DNA of 64,000 nt. Source: the human T2T-CHM13v2.0 reference genome, Homo sapiens. Every line of letters starts with the position of its first letter. Position 1 is the stretch's first letter. Position numbers and translations under genes: made by a program. Below, in pieces: positions 40,021-58,432 of this stretch. The stretch lies in NCBI RefSeq assembly GCF_009914755.1, contig NC_060926.1; one strand, written 5' to 3'. The notes under the pieces were generated by a model. That model did no database searches. It was not told where the DNA came from and was given only the letters and a program-made list of their open reading frames with translations.

Positions 40021-43000
40021 ATTAACTAAGGGAAAATTTTTACTTTAACACTTCCCTTGGAATAATAAGCCTTGTAGAACTAATTGTGGCCAGATTTTAT
40101 TCAAAGCAGAAAATAACATAGAGGAAAATTACCTACTGTTGTAATGTGATGGTTTTGTACTCCAAAATGAACATGAGAATGTTCATTCATTTTTTAGAGA
40201 TAGGTTTTTTATTCACGGTATAAATTTTGTGGAAAAAAAAAATGTCATTCTTCCAAACTGGTTGTGACCTGTGGAATTTGGGAATAAAGCCACGTGTGCA
40301 TTTTAAGCATTCCTACCTTGGTGCTTTGGGTTAAATGCCCCCCAGCGGTCATCCAATAGAACCTTTTTCTTGCCTCCCTCAGGCTTTGAAATTACCTGTT
40401 TACTGGTGTCTCTCCATATACCTACACATTTCTTGAGGGCAGGGACTGGACTTTCTTCATTTTGAATCATCAGTGAAGAGTTTCAAAAAATATGTGTGAA
40501 TTTGCATTTGTAGTAGAAGTGCTTTGAAGAAAAGAGAGTTTGAAATTTAGGAGAGGGTTCCATGGCAATCTTTATTAAGTTGATTGGTATTTATAATATC
40601 TTCCAGTCTGTGGATCGTTTTAAAGGTATGCTAGGCTAGCAAAGCTGATAAAGTCAGAGTGATCTCAGATTGACAGGTGGGATAAATAATTAGACTTTTG
40701 GTATATAACTCTCACAGAGAAAATCTAGAGTGAGTTGATGCACAGTAGAAGGAAAAGAGCTCTAAAAGCTAGATCGAAAGAGCTTTTTAAAAATTAGGAA
40801 GAGCAAGCAAGGAGGAGGGGAATCCAGAGGACAGGAGGATGTCAGAGGGCTGTGTTTCATGGGGGCCTCTAAAAGTGTCCATGGAAAGAACGCTAGTTGC
40901 AGAGCTCCTGGGGGAGACAGGAGGAGAGGTGCACAAGCCAAACTAACAGGCCAGAGTGTTTTGTTTGCAACATTAGTTTTAACTTTAAATACAGCCAGTT
41001 TCTTTGGACTCGCAGCCCAGACAGGGAGAGGGAATAGGGAACTCAACGACTTCTTGAATAAACAATTGCAAGAAAGTCAGTAAAACCCAATGAGACCAAT
41101 AATGACCCTACAAGGTAGGGCCTGATCCTGTGGGAGATTATGGGTCAGAATAAAAACAGTTAGTATTTTAAACGTGTGTTCAGTCATCTGAATGATATAA
41201 ACTTTAGCTATTATTATTATTTCTTCACTATAATTTGTCAAGTGGAATTCTTTTGCTGCCTGATGAAGATGATTTGTGCACTTGAGCTGACCCTGTATTG
41301 GATAGGGAGGAAGAAGAGGTCATTTCAAATAGAAGGGGAAAGTAAAGAAAAGTTGCGTGAATATCTGTAGAAGACACGTGTGAAATCTTATTTCTTCTCT
41401 TTATTGGACTTTTACAAGACGATGGCAGCAGCAGCCAGGGATGCAACAAGAGTCACATTCTCTTTGAAGGCTGCCCTTGAGGAATGGCCCCATTTTTCAC
41501 AACTGTACAGAAGTCATCTCTAGGAGAGCTGCAGCAGGCAAAGCCAAGCCGGCTCTAATTAATGACCCAGGCTAATATTGGTCTTTGACGTTCTTGGATA
41601 TTAATAAATGTTAGATAAGAAAAGCAGCTGTTTATCTCTTTGCCCAATACACCTTCAAACATTCGTACAGGAGATAGATATCCTAATGTAAACATTTGCA
41701 GCCTCACATATTGTCGGGATCTCTGAACTGTGACTGTTGACAGCAGGTTGCCTTAAGTAATTGCAATGAGACAGAATAATCTAGTAGAAGCTATTGTCAT
41801 CCTAAGTAATATTTTCCTGAGAAACAGTTATGAAAAATGAATAATAGCATTTAGTAATGCATAATGTGAGAGTCAAGAAGAATATTGAAGACAAAGGATA
41901 CAATCATCATTGCTTGAGGAAAACTAAATTTTATATAGCTGTCCTTTGTTGTTATGTTAATCAAATTATAAAATAAGCGATAGTAGGAGAATAGCATTGC
42001 TGTGTTATAAAATTATTTTTAGAATTAGATTAGTTCTGTGACATGAGATGGATCACAGTGAGATTATACCTCATGAGTACTCAACTCTTGTAAACACTAC
42101 AATGACATCGTTAAATATTCCATGCTTAAAACGCACAGCACGTTAACTCCTTTATTTCAGGGGTTCGCTTTTATAGTTAGAGAAGGTTTTTTGTTTCTTT
42201 TTTTTTTTTAACTTTTAGACTATACGCATACAATATATTACAGGTGCCTGTGACTCGCTCTAAAAATGTTGGAAGCTGAACTGCATCATATTCTTGAGGG
42301 AGAACTTAATGTCAAGAATTTAAATTTGCAACACCCATTAATGTGTATTTAGAGCATTTCAACAAAGAAATACATTTAGTGACAAAAGTTTTAAAGTATT
42401 ACAGAAGAGTCAGAACTGAAAGATAACTCATGGAATTTTAATGTACCATTTTACCAAATGTCCTAAAAAATGATGAGTACTTTCACAAGTAAAAAAGTAC
42501 CTAAAATTTATTATTGTTAAGAAACATTTTATGTCAATCTATGTTAAAACCACAAGTTTGTAAATTTCTGAGGAAAATTGCATTAAGAGTGTATGGATAT
42601 TTTAGGATAATGATTAAAATAATCCAAGAGAAAATAACATAAATACAGATATTTAATGATATCCAATTCGGCATAGATGGATGTGGCTCTAATTCAGTGT
42701 GGCAGGAACTCCAGAAAGCTAATTTTAACAAAAGAATGTAATCTGAACAATATTAAACATGTAGGTCACTGTATTTAGAGATAATCACTATAATTTTAAA
42801 CCTATTAGTAAAGGTTGTAATGCAAGTGTGTTGTGCTAGAGTTCTCCAGGAATTACTCTCACTTCTCTACTGAAAAATATTAAAACTACCTTCAAAGATA
42901 AAGCTGATTACAGCATAACAAAGCAACTCACTACCACCTCTACTTCATAATAAATACACCCCACATTGTTGTGTTAGACATGAGTTTCACACAATTTATT

Positions 43001-43861
43001 GATTAGTTGAACTTTTAAAAAGTCTATTATGTTGACTTCATGTCTAACCCTTTTATAAGTGAGTGGAAATAAGTTCTTTTATTTCTTCCCCTATTCCCTC
43101 ACTCTCATCACTGCGGAGCTCCGTTGTTTTTATTATCTTATTCATTCCTGGTCTTAGTTCTCTTAGCTTTGTTCTGTTTTACGTGTAAACCCATTTCTAT
43201 GTGGAAGTTTTTCTATGCAGAGAGAGCAGGAGTATATTCTTTATGCTTGGGACAATAAACATTTATAGACTGAACATTATACACCAGGAATTGTGCTAAT
43301 TGCTAGACTTACATTGCTGGAGGAGACATGATAGTCCTCTCAGAGCCTACGGTGGAATACAAACAGAGCAGCACAGTGATTTTCTGAGTGTAACAGAGCA
43401 TGCAGTCAATGCTCTGGGTGTCTTAAGAGCTTTGCTTAGCTTATCCTTGGTGGTAGTAGTGGAGGTGAGTCAAAGAAGTCTTCCTGGACGAGGTGACCTG
43501 TGACCTAAAATGTGAACAGGAGATAGGACGAAGAAGGGGGAAGGATGGAAGGTGGTCATTTCAAGAAGTAGGAAGCAGCATGCTCAAATTGTATAACCCT
43601 CAACTGTATAGTATTTGTGGAAAAATTATAAGCAATTTATGTGACTATCATATACAGTTCTAGGAGGTGGTGTGTGATGAGGTAGGAGGAGCCATGTCAT
43701 GGAAATTGTTGTCCTTGTAGGATATTCACAGCAGCTTGGGCTTTACCCTAGAAGATGGGGAGACAGTTGGAGAGTTTTAAGTAGGTAACTGGCATGGCTG
43801 ACTTTACATGCATCATTCTGGCAGCAGGACACAGAAAGGACTTAGAATAGTTATATGCTAG

Positions 43862-44285
<424 letters not shown>

Positions 44286-44669
44286 GGTGCAAAGATTCTT
44301 ACAATTCATAAAGAGAAACAAATCCAGCTATGGAGAAGAACTTACTTTTTAGTATAGAAACTTTCAGATATTTATGGACATTTTTCATACATACTAAATC
44401 TTGAAGCAGAGAGCGACAAAGACATACATTTGTGATTCACCAGCATATACATGGTCGTGAAAATTGTGAAAGTGGATGGAGTTTTTTAGGCTTGGTTTAT
44501 ATTAATATAATGGGAAAGTGATGGTCCAGGACACCTAGGAAGTTTGGGAGTTCAATAACAAGGGAAGAACTTCCAGAGAGAGCTGGAAATGGAATCTGTA
44601 AATTTTAAAGCAGCTGGGAAGCAGGGATGAAATATAATGTAGTGGGTGGGAGCATGACAAAGCTCAGTA

Positions 44670-45035
44670 GGCCTGGTGTGGTGGCTCTCGCCTGTCATCC
44701 CACCACTTTGGGAGGCTGAGGCGGTCAGATCGCTTGAGCCAGGAGTTGGAAATCAGCCTGAGCAACATGGTGAAACCCCATCTCTACACAAAATAAGAAA
44801 AAACAAACAAACAAAAAAATTAGCAGGGTGTGATGGTACATGCCTGTAGTCCCAGCTACTTGGGAGGCTGAGGTGGGAGTATCTCCTGAGCCCTGAGAGG
44901 TCAAGGCTGCAGTGAGCTGAGATAGTGCCACTGCACTGAAGCCTGGGCAACAGAGTGAGACTATTTCAAAAAAACAGAGAGACAGAGAGAGAGAGGGAGA
45001 GAGAGAGGCAAAGAGAGAGAGAGAGAGAGAGAGAG
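44670..45035 (+). mobile_element. AluJ followed by a (GA)n tract
   Basis: Diverged Alu dimer with J diagnostics (GCTTGAGCC, GGTCAAGGCTGCAGTGAG); tail runs into GA repeats. Confidence 0.92.
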
Positions 45036-45529
45036 CGCACTCAGGAGAGAAGAGAAATCTCAGGAGAGAAGTAAGTTTCAAGAATTTTGCTGATCAAGGA
45101 AGGAGGAAGACTAGGAATGGAGGAAACATGAAATTCAGCAGACTACCTTTTGAAAATTTTTGTTTTATATTATTTGTATGCTTTTCCTTCGTATTTTTTA
45201 GGATAAAAATAATTGAAAGATGTGTATGGGCTACAGGCAAAGAGCTAGTTGAGACTAAGATTGGAAATATGGGAGAAAACGGGATAATTAAAGAATCAGG
45301 GTCCTGGGTGAATGTCAGGTAACTGGATCTTTCTGTATAAAGAAGTTTGGGCTAATATCTAGAACTACATTATGGTAAATTTTCACGGAAATTAACTCAG
45401 AGGGATCATTTCCAGAGTAATTTTAAGCCTATAGAGATATTTTAAGAAATCAGGCCATATTTTAGGGTCTCTCAAGAAAATTCACAGACCAGGTCATAAA
45501 ATACAATAAACGAAATGTTTTCTAACCAC

Positions 45530-45950
45530 ACATAAAGATCCTTATACTTGCTTATAAAAAGAGATATAGGAATTTATACTACACTGCAATACCATTTATC
45601 ACCTTGAGATTGGCAAAATCCAAAAGTAGTGAATACTGTCATGGGAATTGCTGTTGGAAATGCAAAATGCTACACCTCTTTATGGAGAGGAATTTGGCAG
45701 TGTCTAGTAAAATTATATATACTTTTACCCCTTGACCCAGCAATCACACTTTTAGACACCTATTTCACAAACCTATTGGTAAAAATATGAAAAAAAAAAG
45801 CACACCTAAGGCTGTTCACTGTACGTCTATTTGTAATAGTGAAAGACTGGAAACAGTTCAAATTTTCTTTAATAGTATTGTTGCACATCTATACAAATGC
45901 AATACTTCACAGCTATAAAAATGATTCAGAAAGGTAACTATACTAAATTT
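45530..45950 (+). mobile_element. Old L1M 3' fragment
   Basis: TGCAAAATGCTACACC..TATGGAGAGGAATTTGGCAG...TTGACCCAGCAATC...AAAGACTGGAAACA pattern. Confidence 0.75.
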
Positions 45951-46016
45951 TCATCATTATATATGTATACACACATATGTACAAATATACAGGTGCTCCT
46001 TGATTTATGATGGAAT

Positions 46017-46535
46017 TGTTATAAATAGCACTCGAACATAAATTTAATTTTCTCAGCAAGGCAGTTTTACTTCTATAGAAGGGTGTGACTTGCAGATGGA
46101 ACAATGGCAAGAGCACCCCTGAACAAGGGAGGGGAAGGCGTTCTTATTCTACTGCTGTGTCATTCCCCTGTTGTCTAGGGTTGGACCACACAGTCTAAGC
46201 TAATGCCGATTGGCTATTTTTAAAGAGATCAGGGGTATAAGCCGGAGTGGCGGGGTGAGTAGTTTGGCAGGAAGGATGGTTACAGAACAGGTGACTCAGG
46301 ATGAGCCGGGACAGAGCAGGCGACAAGGGGTGACTCAGGTCAAAGCAGGTGACCAGGGGAACAGATGTGAACTACTGATTGGAACTGACGGGAAAGTTAT
46401 TTACTGAAACTAGAGCCAAGGGGTGAAGAGAACCAGGAAGTTAAACTTTAAAATGGAGCATCAAAGAATAACAGAGCTGAACATACTGACATACTGATTC
46501 TTTGAAGAGAAACTTGGGGTTCACTATATTTAACA
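46017..46535 (-). mobile_element. LTR10 (LTR10A/F-like) 3' LTR of a HERV-I provirus
   Basis: On the - strand it begins TGTTAAATATAGTGAA directly after the polypurine tract AGATGGGGGAT (46536-46546) and ends ...TTTATAACA; it contains TGAGTCA repeats and a CCAAT box as in LTR10. Confidence 0.88.
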
Positions 46536-48582
46536 ATCCCCCATCTTGAATTTTTTCAGTTCTTTCTCTTCAGACTTCCTTAACATGACTTGGCTTAGTT
46601 GTTCTGCTTGATTCTCTAAAAGAAAAAACTTCTCTGAATAAGGTGGAGGAGAATTTAGAATTAATAATGTGGAGGACGTTTTAGTAAGTGCTGCCTCTAT
46701 GAGTCTGCGCCCCAGCCCACAGATGCATGCTATGACACAACACCCGAGAAGAACGAGTACACCTTCTACGCTGCGAGAGAAGTAAGCATCGAGGCTATGA
46801 TTCCTTTCCATTTACTGTACCATTTTTCTAGCCACCCTGTGAAGGAGGCATTTACTCCTCCTGAGTTTTTGGCTAACTCCTTGGACAGAGCAGTTAGACC
46901 TTGCAATGCCTTTGTTATACTTCCATCAGGGGTGGTATTGTTTGGATGAAGGTGCAACATTGAGTTTTCATCATGAGGTAAACTCCTCCGCTTTCTGCTA
47001 ATATCATGTCTAAGGCTCTTCTATTTTCCCAAGCCATCTGGCTGGTAGCCCCTAATTGCTCAGCTATTCCTCTAACAGCATCTCTACTGTAGTTAATAAA
47101 CCACTGTTGGTAGTAATAAATGTAATTTATTCAAACTATGTTCTTATTAATTGTCACCCACCAAAATATTGACTTAAATCCTGCAGCTATTTGATCTTGG
47201 GTTTTAAATTCATCTGGTACTCCTCGTGGAACTCCAATAGCATCTATGTAAACATGGGGGTCAAAGGACCCATGTGAGGCACTTCTTCTACAATTTTTTT
47301 TTAATCATGTTGACGGAATCCTAGGGTGAAAGGCATGACCAGTTGAACTAGAGCACAAGTGCTGCTCTAATTACTCGGCAGAGTACCCAGCAAGAGTCCC
47401 CCGCAATACCACCACACATCTGCTAGGGGATGAACAAGGGCAGACTGGTGGGTAAGCTCTTGGAAGGGCTTGGTTTCACTGCACCCTGTTAAGTCTACAA
47501 GGAATACTCGCTTTTCCCCCGGCGGTGAAAGGCACCTGTTGAAGTTAACATCAGGGGCTGGAGGCCAGATGGCCCTCGGGGGCTGACCCACAGGGTTCAA
47601 CCTCAGGGAACAGCAGTGAAAGAGTCTCGCATGACTCATCGCCCCAGGCTGTGGGGTTTTGGAAGAGAGCTACCATACAGCTCATGCCCGGTCCGTGAGA
47701 GAACCGCCCAAGTGGAAAGGGGATAATCTGGGTCTCTGGCCTGCCTGTCGCACATAACAGTCGCTTTTGTTTAGCGTGCGAACAGAATATTTAATCCATT
47801 CCAGCCAAGCATTTGTGTCCTGATATCCTGTTTCAATTGCTATAGTTTGTTTCAAATTTTTAACCTCTACAGAAACTACTTTGGTTTTATCATTGGGTTT
47901 ATAACAAGAGAAGGTTTGGTTAGCGGAGAACTCAGGAGAGGAAGAAGGAGGTGCAGGAGGTGAGGAGGCAATGAAGCACATTTCAAAGGATCCTATGGGG
48001 TCCTTCCCTGAGACTTCTGCTCCTATACTATAGAAATGGCTTAACGAAGGGGAAGAACTCTGGGGAGCAGAGATGGTAATCTGTACTGGGTTACAGTGAT
48101 TTATCTGACCACGGGGAGGGCTAACTCCTTTAGTAAAATGAATATATGTGGTTTTAAGAAACTGCAAGTACTAGCTGGGGCGGTCCATCCTTGCTCTTCG
48201 GTGTTTTACAGAGCATTGGACCAACTTCGGCAGAGAAGCTCTGCTCTAGGAGGACAAGATTTCCAGTTTACACTGGAATTTTCGTCAAACACTTCTCAAA
48301 CTAACTTGTCCCAGTTCACAGATTTTTAGTCTGAGGAAAGCTAGGAAGGATAAAGTACTTTTCTGAGGTGGAGAGTTGCCTCTCACCTGGCAAATCTCCA
48401 CAGGGTATAACGAGGCAAGGATCAAATGTAATAGTTTGAGGCAGAATTGACGTGGTTACGTTAATAAGTAGGTGACCAGCAATAGAGTGAGGAAAGAAGA
48501 AGGAGTAATAGAATAGATGAAAGAGAGTTACATTTTTCTTAGCTTTAGTTTGGTAGGGTTTTCCCCTAGGACTATGGCCCAT
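46530..48582 (-). pseudogene. Defective HERV-I/HERV-IP type env
   Basis: Signal-peptide-like start (48316-48582), SU fragments (NAWLEWIKY, ADVWWYCGG), TM reading IDAIGVPRGVPDEFK..QIAAGFKSIFWWVTINKN and the ISD region ENRRALDMILAESGGVYLMMKTQCC; several stops and frameshifts. Confidence 0.9.
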
Positions 48583-48599
48583 GACTTGGGAGGGGGCGG

Positions 48600-51683
<3,084 letters not shown>

Positions 51684-54061
51684 CAGTGTTCTGTGAACAT
51701 TTGTGGAATCTACACGGCAGAGGACTAGAATGGACATTTATGAGTGATGTTTAACATAACAATGCCACCTGTTGGATACAGTAGGAGATTACTCTGTGTT
51801 TCATATTCTTAGACACTGATCTCAGCAGACACAGAATCTCGGGTCCCCTTTGGAAAACAGCATTTTATGAAGAGCCTTTGATGCATTATGCACAGGAGAG
51901 AAATCGTGGCGGTGAATTTCCTAGTGTTGGGTTTTGCCTGTCAGATAAACTTAAGCTGGGACAGTGTCTTTTGCAGATTTGGGGATATATTTTGGACATT
52001 CAGTGTGCGCTCATGATGATCACTGACTGGACAAACTTATGCTGATGAGTCAGTATTGTTATTAGAAGATGAGAGGGGCTCTGTAATTTGAAATCTATTT
52101 TCTACTCCTGAGACATTGAAAGGGATTCCAATTTGGATTCAATGTGGGTGGCTTTCAAGATAGTTCTTTTAAGATCATGTGATCTTTGCCCTTCTCACAG
52201 TTTAGTGTTGTCTATTTTTAAAGGGTGTTAGGAGTAAATGTTGTTTATGTTTAAGCATGATAATATAACCATACCTCACCGCCACCCCTAAAACCCGTAG
52301 AGACGAATACATGATAGGGATTGCAACTGTGGAAGGTAAACAAATAAGCAATTTTGCTCATTTGTTTTTTAAAAGTGTGACTATTTGTCTTGATAGTAAT
52401 ACCTTGAGCTTGTGCTTCAAAAATCTGTCCAGCTATTCTCTTCTGCAGACATATTCACACTCTCAAGCCTGCTTCTGTTAATGTGTTTATGTGATTGTTC
52501 TAACACGGTGAATACTGCTTTTGACTATATGTACCCAGAAATTATTATTACATTTTTTTGTAATTTACAGAAATTATTATTACTTTTTTTGTAATTTAGA
52601 TAACGAACCAAACTTGTGGACCTTTTTTGTTCATTTAGAAGTGGTAAAGGTTGTTCCGTGCCTTGACAGAATTCTTAACAGCTGCCTCTGCCTTGGTTTT
52701 GCTTTATGCGCTTCCTTCCCTCAATGGCCATGGCATTGTATTTCGGGACACTCTTCCCTCCACAAAGCAACAGGGCAATTCTTCAGTGGATATTAGAATT
52801 TTTCTCTTCTTTTTCTGCAAACCCTGATGCACCCATACACAGCATATCTTTTGTTTTATTACTTCCAGTTTGGTGAAAAACTGGATTTGTCATGACAACC
52901 AAGTATTTAGTGGAACAGAAGCAGAGATAAAGAACACATCTTGAAAGGAATACACAGGATCAATATTTCATGTCCATCTGAAGTGTTTTCAGTGTTGTTG
53001 AGGAAAAAGTATACATCTCATTGAAGTGTCCTTTTTTTCCCAGGGACCAGATGTTCATTTTATTTATCAATTGTGGACAATCCGTCAAGCCCAGCAATAT
53101 TTTTCCAGAGATTTCCCCCTGTGGTTTTCTAATTTATTTGATATTTAGGAAAAGAAGAATTGCAGCTGCTGCAGAAGAATTAGAGTTCAACTTACGTGTA
53201 TGTGATCATTGGAGCATGTTCCTCCGTCAGACATTAAACGTTTAACAGGACACAGTAACTTATGCTTCGTTTGAATTTTGCATCTGCCTGCTTCTCCTAA
53301 CTGGGTGAAGAATGCTGACAATGACCTACTGGATTAGTTATTCCTCTCCTCTATTTTATGAAATATTTCATATTTTATATTTCAAAATATGAAAGCATAT
53401 TTTAAAATTACTATAAGACTATATTTATTTTAGATACTCTCCACATAATTAGTATTGCAGAGCTTCCTGCTTCAAAATGTATTTGTAATTTTTTTCTAAT
53501 TGCACTGACCCATAATAGCTAAGATTGAACCTACATTTAAAAAATTTAATTTCCCTTCATGTTAGTGGGTAACTATAACCATAAAAGAGACTCTTTTTTT
53601 AAAAGATTGGACTTTTACATTTATTACCACTGTAAGTGCAATGAGATAAGGCCTCTGACCATGTTCTTTTGGAGATTGTTAAGGCATTCATGAATCCTTT
53701 GGAGCTGTCAGCCTGCACTTCTCACTTTGTCAGAACATATGGATGTGTGGGTGTGGTATGCAAGCTAACTGTCCTGAAGAAGCTTGTCAAAGAAATGTTT
53801 GGAGGAAAAAACACCATAACACTGAGCATAAGTTTGAATATAGCCATATACTAGAATAAAATATGGATATCAGGAAAGAGCTTCCTATCAGAGATTGCTA
53901 ACATTGGAACTTAAATTGCATCTTGAAAATGGATTAATAAGGTTTAGCCCAGTAGTGGTAAGTTGGTGGACATTACTAGTGGGTAAACATTACATGGGCA
54001 AAAGTTAGTAATGGAATATTGAGGAAAGGAGTCTGGGCTGAGGAAACGAAGGAGTAGGCAA

Positions 54062-54449
<388 letters not shown>

Positions 54450-55149
54450 TCAGCAGTGGTCTAATCAAAAAAGCCAATTAACTCCAGCCATTTTTAGTCA
54501 CTGTAATTTGGCTCCAAATTCAAGTTTTAGGGTAAGATATCTTATTGGCTGTATCTTCAAGTTCTTTAAGCATTGACATCAGATTTTCTGTAACGCCTTT
54601 AGAGCCTGCTATAAACCCTAATAGATGACTTTATCTGGGTAGCTAGAATTTGAGATACCTGTGAATCTTGGCTGTAAAATTTGACTCAATTTGCATCCCA
54701 TTTGGATGAAGCAACAGGATATTAGGGTTTTGAAGTATGCTTATGAAAATAAATATGCTATGACGTTTGTAATTGGTATGATTCAGAATTTAATTAGATA
54801 AACTACCTAGCATTTCTCTGTATTTTCAGAATCTTATTACCAACTTTTGTAGTACTCCCCAAAGAGCAATTTCAGTAATTTGTAGTGTATCTCTGGACGT
54901 GATAAATGCTATTATATCACTGTGATTTGTAATAGCAGTGCTTTTCACTGTGAAAGATTTACTGAGATTTTCTAATTGACTTAGAGCATTGCCTCTCAAA
55001 CTCTTTCTCTATTTCTTATTCACTGTACTTTCTCATCACAACTTAGTAATCATATTAATCTTGCTTTCTTGGAAATGATTCATATATTTGCATGAAGACT
55101 AATTAAAATACATATGCCTGTCCTAAATGATTAGGCTAAGACTTAAATG

Positions 55150-55780
55150 AGCAACTCTCAGCTTAAAATCCTCCAGTGATTCCCCAGCTCGCTCAGAGTA
55201 GAAGCCAAGCCTCTTATAATAGGTCGTAACACCCTGGTACTTTTCTGGATTCATCTCAAACACCCTCTTACTAATACCACTCAGCTTTATGGCACCACTT
55301 TTGGTTGTGGTGAAGGCACCAACAAAAATGTTTATTGTCTGAATTTGGCATGTGTGTGTGTAGTAGTGTATGTACTCACATATCTGAAAAATATTTACCC
55401 TTTAATATAACTTTCTGTCACTCTGTATATACACCTCCAGATTCCTCCAGTTCAGACATGCATTTGCCTTTGCTGTTTCACTGGTCTGGAATTATCTTCT
55501 CTCAGATTTCTTCATGTGTTACTCCTTCAGCTTCTTAAACACGTTGATCAAATTACTTCCAGTGATTCTTTCCCTAGAGGGATTTACTTAAAATTGCATC
55601 ACTTTTTACTTATTTATTCTCTTCATTGTTTGTGTCTTCTCTCTGCTCATCCCCCCAGCCCCACCCAGACTTAAGCTCAGTGAAGAAGATTTTTTTTCTT
55701 GTTCCTTTACATTACTAAATCTCCAGTGCCTATGTCAAACTCCAGCATGGGGTTAATAAATGTATGTAGAATGAAGGAAA
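55150..55780 (+). mobile_element. L2 3' fragment
   Basis: CTTAAAATCCTCCAGTG...TTTGCCTTTGCTGTT...CTCCAGTGCCT...AATAAATGTATGTAGAATGAA end motif. Confidence 0.65.
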
Positions 55781-58113
55781 GCCTCTTCCAAATGAGTGCT
55801 TACCATCATTATTGCCTCTCAAGAAGTAGATCTTAATATGAAAAAGGATGGGAAAGTTCTCCTTACCTTTTCTTCTAATTCTTTGCCATGCTTGAAACAT
55901 TAAATGGAACCAAATTTCTAGATTTATTTCTATTTACATCTCCAAACATTTGCAATCCTTATAAAAAACATGGTAGAGGCTAATCATGATAATGTAGATA
56001 ATAATAGTAGTAGTAATAATAATAGCTAACATTTATTGAAGACCTATTAAAGTTCAGATGTAACTTTTATTATATCATTAACAAATGTTATTAATTTAAT
56101 AAAACCTGTAATTAAATTTTTAACAAACTTCAAATTCTTGATGAGCAACTGAGTTGATAATCCTATTTGCCCATTTTGAATATGATAAAAAACAGCCACA
56201 CTTACAGTAACTTTATTTATTTGTGTGCATATTATGTATGCATTTTTTCTGCTTGGGATCTGTTGTGTATTTGGGGATTTTAGTATATGTAGTGTAGAGA
56301 CTATCACTGTCAGGTAAATTCTGTTATTTCTTTTGGAGCCTATTGGCTTTTAAGCACTCGGCATGAAATATATATTTCAAATAACTATTAAGTTGTTATC
56401 ATCTGACTTTTTTAAAACTTTCTACATTAAGGGACTTTTCATTACCTTATTTGAACTACTAGTTCTTGGTTTGAATGTAACAAATTCCTGGGAGGCCCGT
56501 TTTGACCGCAAAGAACAATGTAGCACTATCTTTTTTAAAATAACATACCTACTTACCAAAAGAATTGGGAGAAGAAATCTTGATTCATTTAGGATTAGAC
56601 TAAAAAGTTACATTACTTTTTCTTTTATTCATTATCTTTTTGTTTATAGCATGTATCAAGACTGAAGAGATGATGATTTTAAAAAGATAGGCATTGTATT
56701 ATGATTTGCTTTTTCTTCACTGTTTTTATAGGATGATTAAAAATATCTGGATTTCATAAGGCATAATTGACAGGTTGCAGATCTGAGTTGGAGCACATAT
56801 CAAATAATATATAAAACCTTCTGCTTGATACTTTTGAGATCAAACATTGTCATAACACCCACAGTGTTTTAAAATAGGCCAGAGGACAGCCTCCTGGATA
56901 GCTGACCTTTAACCAACAGGAAGTATATAAAATATCTGCAGAGTAGAATGACTATATTCCAAACTTAGATTAGACAGAAATGACACCAGCTCTGGGTTCC
57001 ATCACTGTTTCTGTGCATCCGTTGTTGCATCTGAGAAGCAGAGTGCTTTTTGTTCCCCCACACTTCATCTAGTTTGAAGCAAGAAAATTTAACAGTGCAA
57101 CAAAACGAACTGCCTTTTCCAGCTGAACTCTATCTTCTCTGACAGATGGTTCGGTTGGGCGTCTTTTCCATCCAGAGCAGTGCTGTGTTTGAAGAATGAA
57201 AGCATTGAGAGAGATCATTTGTTGTATAGAGCAGAGTTTCAAATAACCATTACTACTGGCAATCTCTGCTGTAATTCCTGGATTTTGAGATAGGTGTACA
57301 AGGAACTCTGTGGTGAGATTAAACATTCAGCTAATTTTTTTTTCCCCCAAAGTCATTAAGTAGCTAGCATTTAATTTTTTATATGTGCAGATTAAAAATG
57401 AAGGTTAAGTACCAACAAAGGAAGCTCCGTTCAGGAAAACTCTGGTATACTCTTTGGTGTCTTTGGTGGAAATGACTATTCATTATGCAGAAGAATAAGA
57501 CTTTATAAGAATAGTATTTCCCTAAGCAGGCACAGCACTTGAGAAGGTTACAGAATACCTGTTTACTCTGCTAACCTAATTCTCTGTCGATTTCTCTTGT
57601 CAATGCCTTTTGATATTTTGACACAGAATGTTCTACCTAGGACCACTCTGCTGAATATAGGTCAGGCTCTGGACTCTTTCTGAACCTATTCTCATAAATC
57701 GCAATTTTATTACTGTTTATACTTGTCTACTTGAGTCATTCCACACAATGGGAACTTATTTTTAATACTAATTTAAACCGAGGTGCTACTGAGTATCTTG
57801 CTTAACATATTTGCAGTTCCTGAAGACTTCAGAGTTTTATCCCAAAGAAATAATGCTCATAGAGAGGAAGCAGATATACTAGTTATTCCTTGGAAGAGGA
57901 AGAAAACAGGAAATGGATATTTGGAAACAAGAGAGACTTCCATGTTCCTCAATTCATAGCAATTATCCAGTCCTACTTTGGATCATCCTCCTAATCCTAT
58001 TAAGAAAATAAATGAGACTCCAGGCATTACAAAATCTGAAAGGTTTTTAGAAAAACAAGCTACTCTGAAAGCGTATCTTTGGTCAACACAGCCAAACACA
58101 ACTCACAGTTTTA

Positions 58114-58432
<319 letters not shown>

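Noticed and set aside
46530-48582. Possible domesticated env (syncytin or ERVPb1-like)
   Set aside because: Multiple stops and frameshifts; longest piece 161 aa; furin site and CX6CC motif damaged.
57069-57326. 85-aa minus-strand ORF in unique sequence
   Set aside because: No recognisable homology or convincing splice structure; length within chance expectation.
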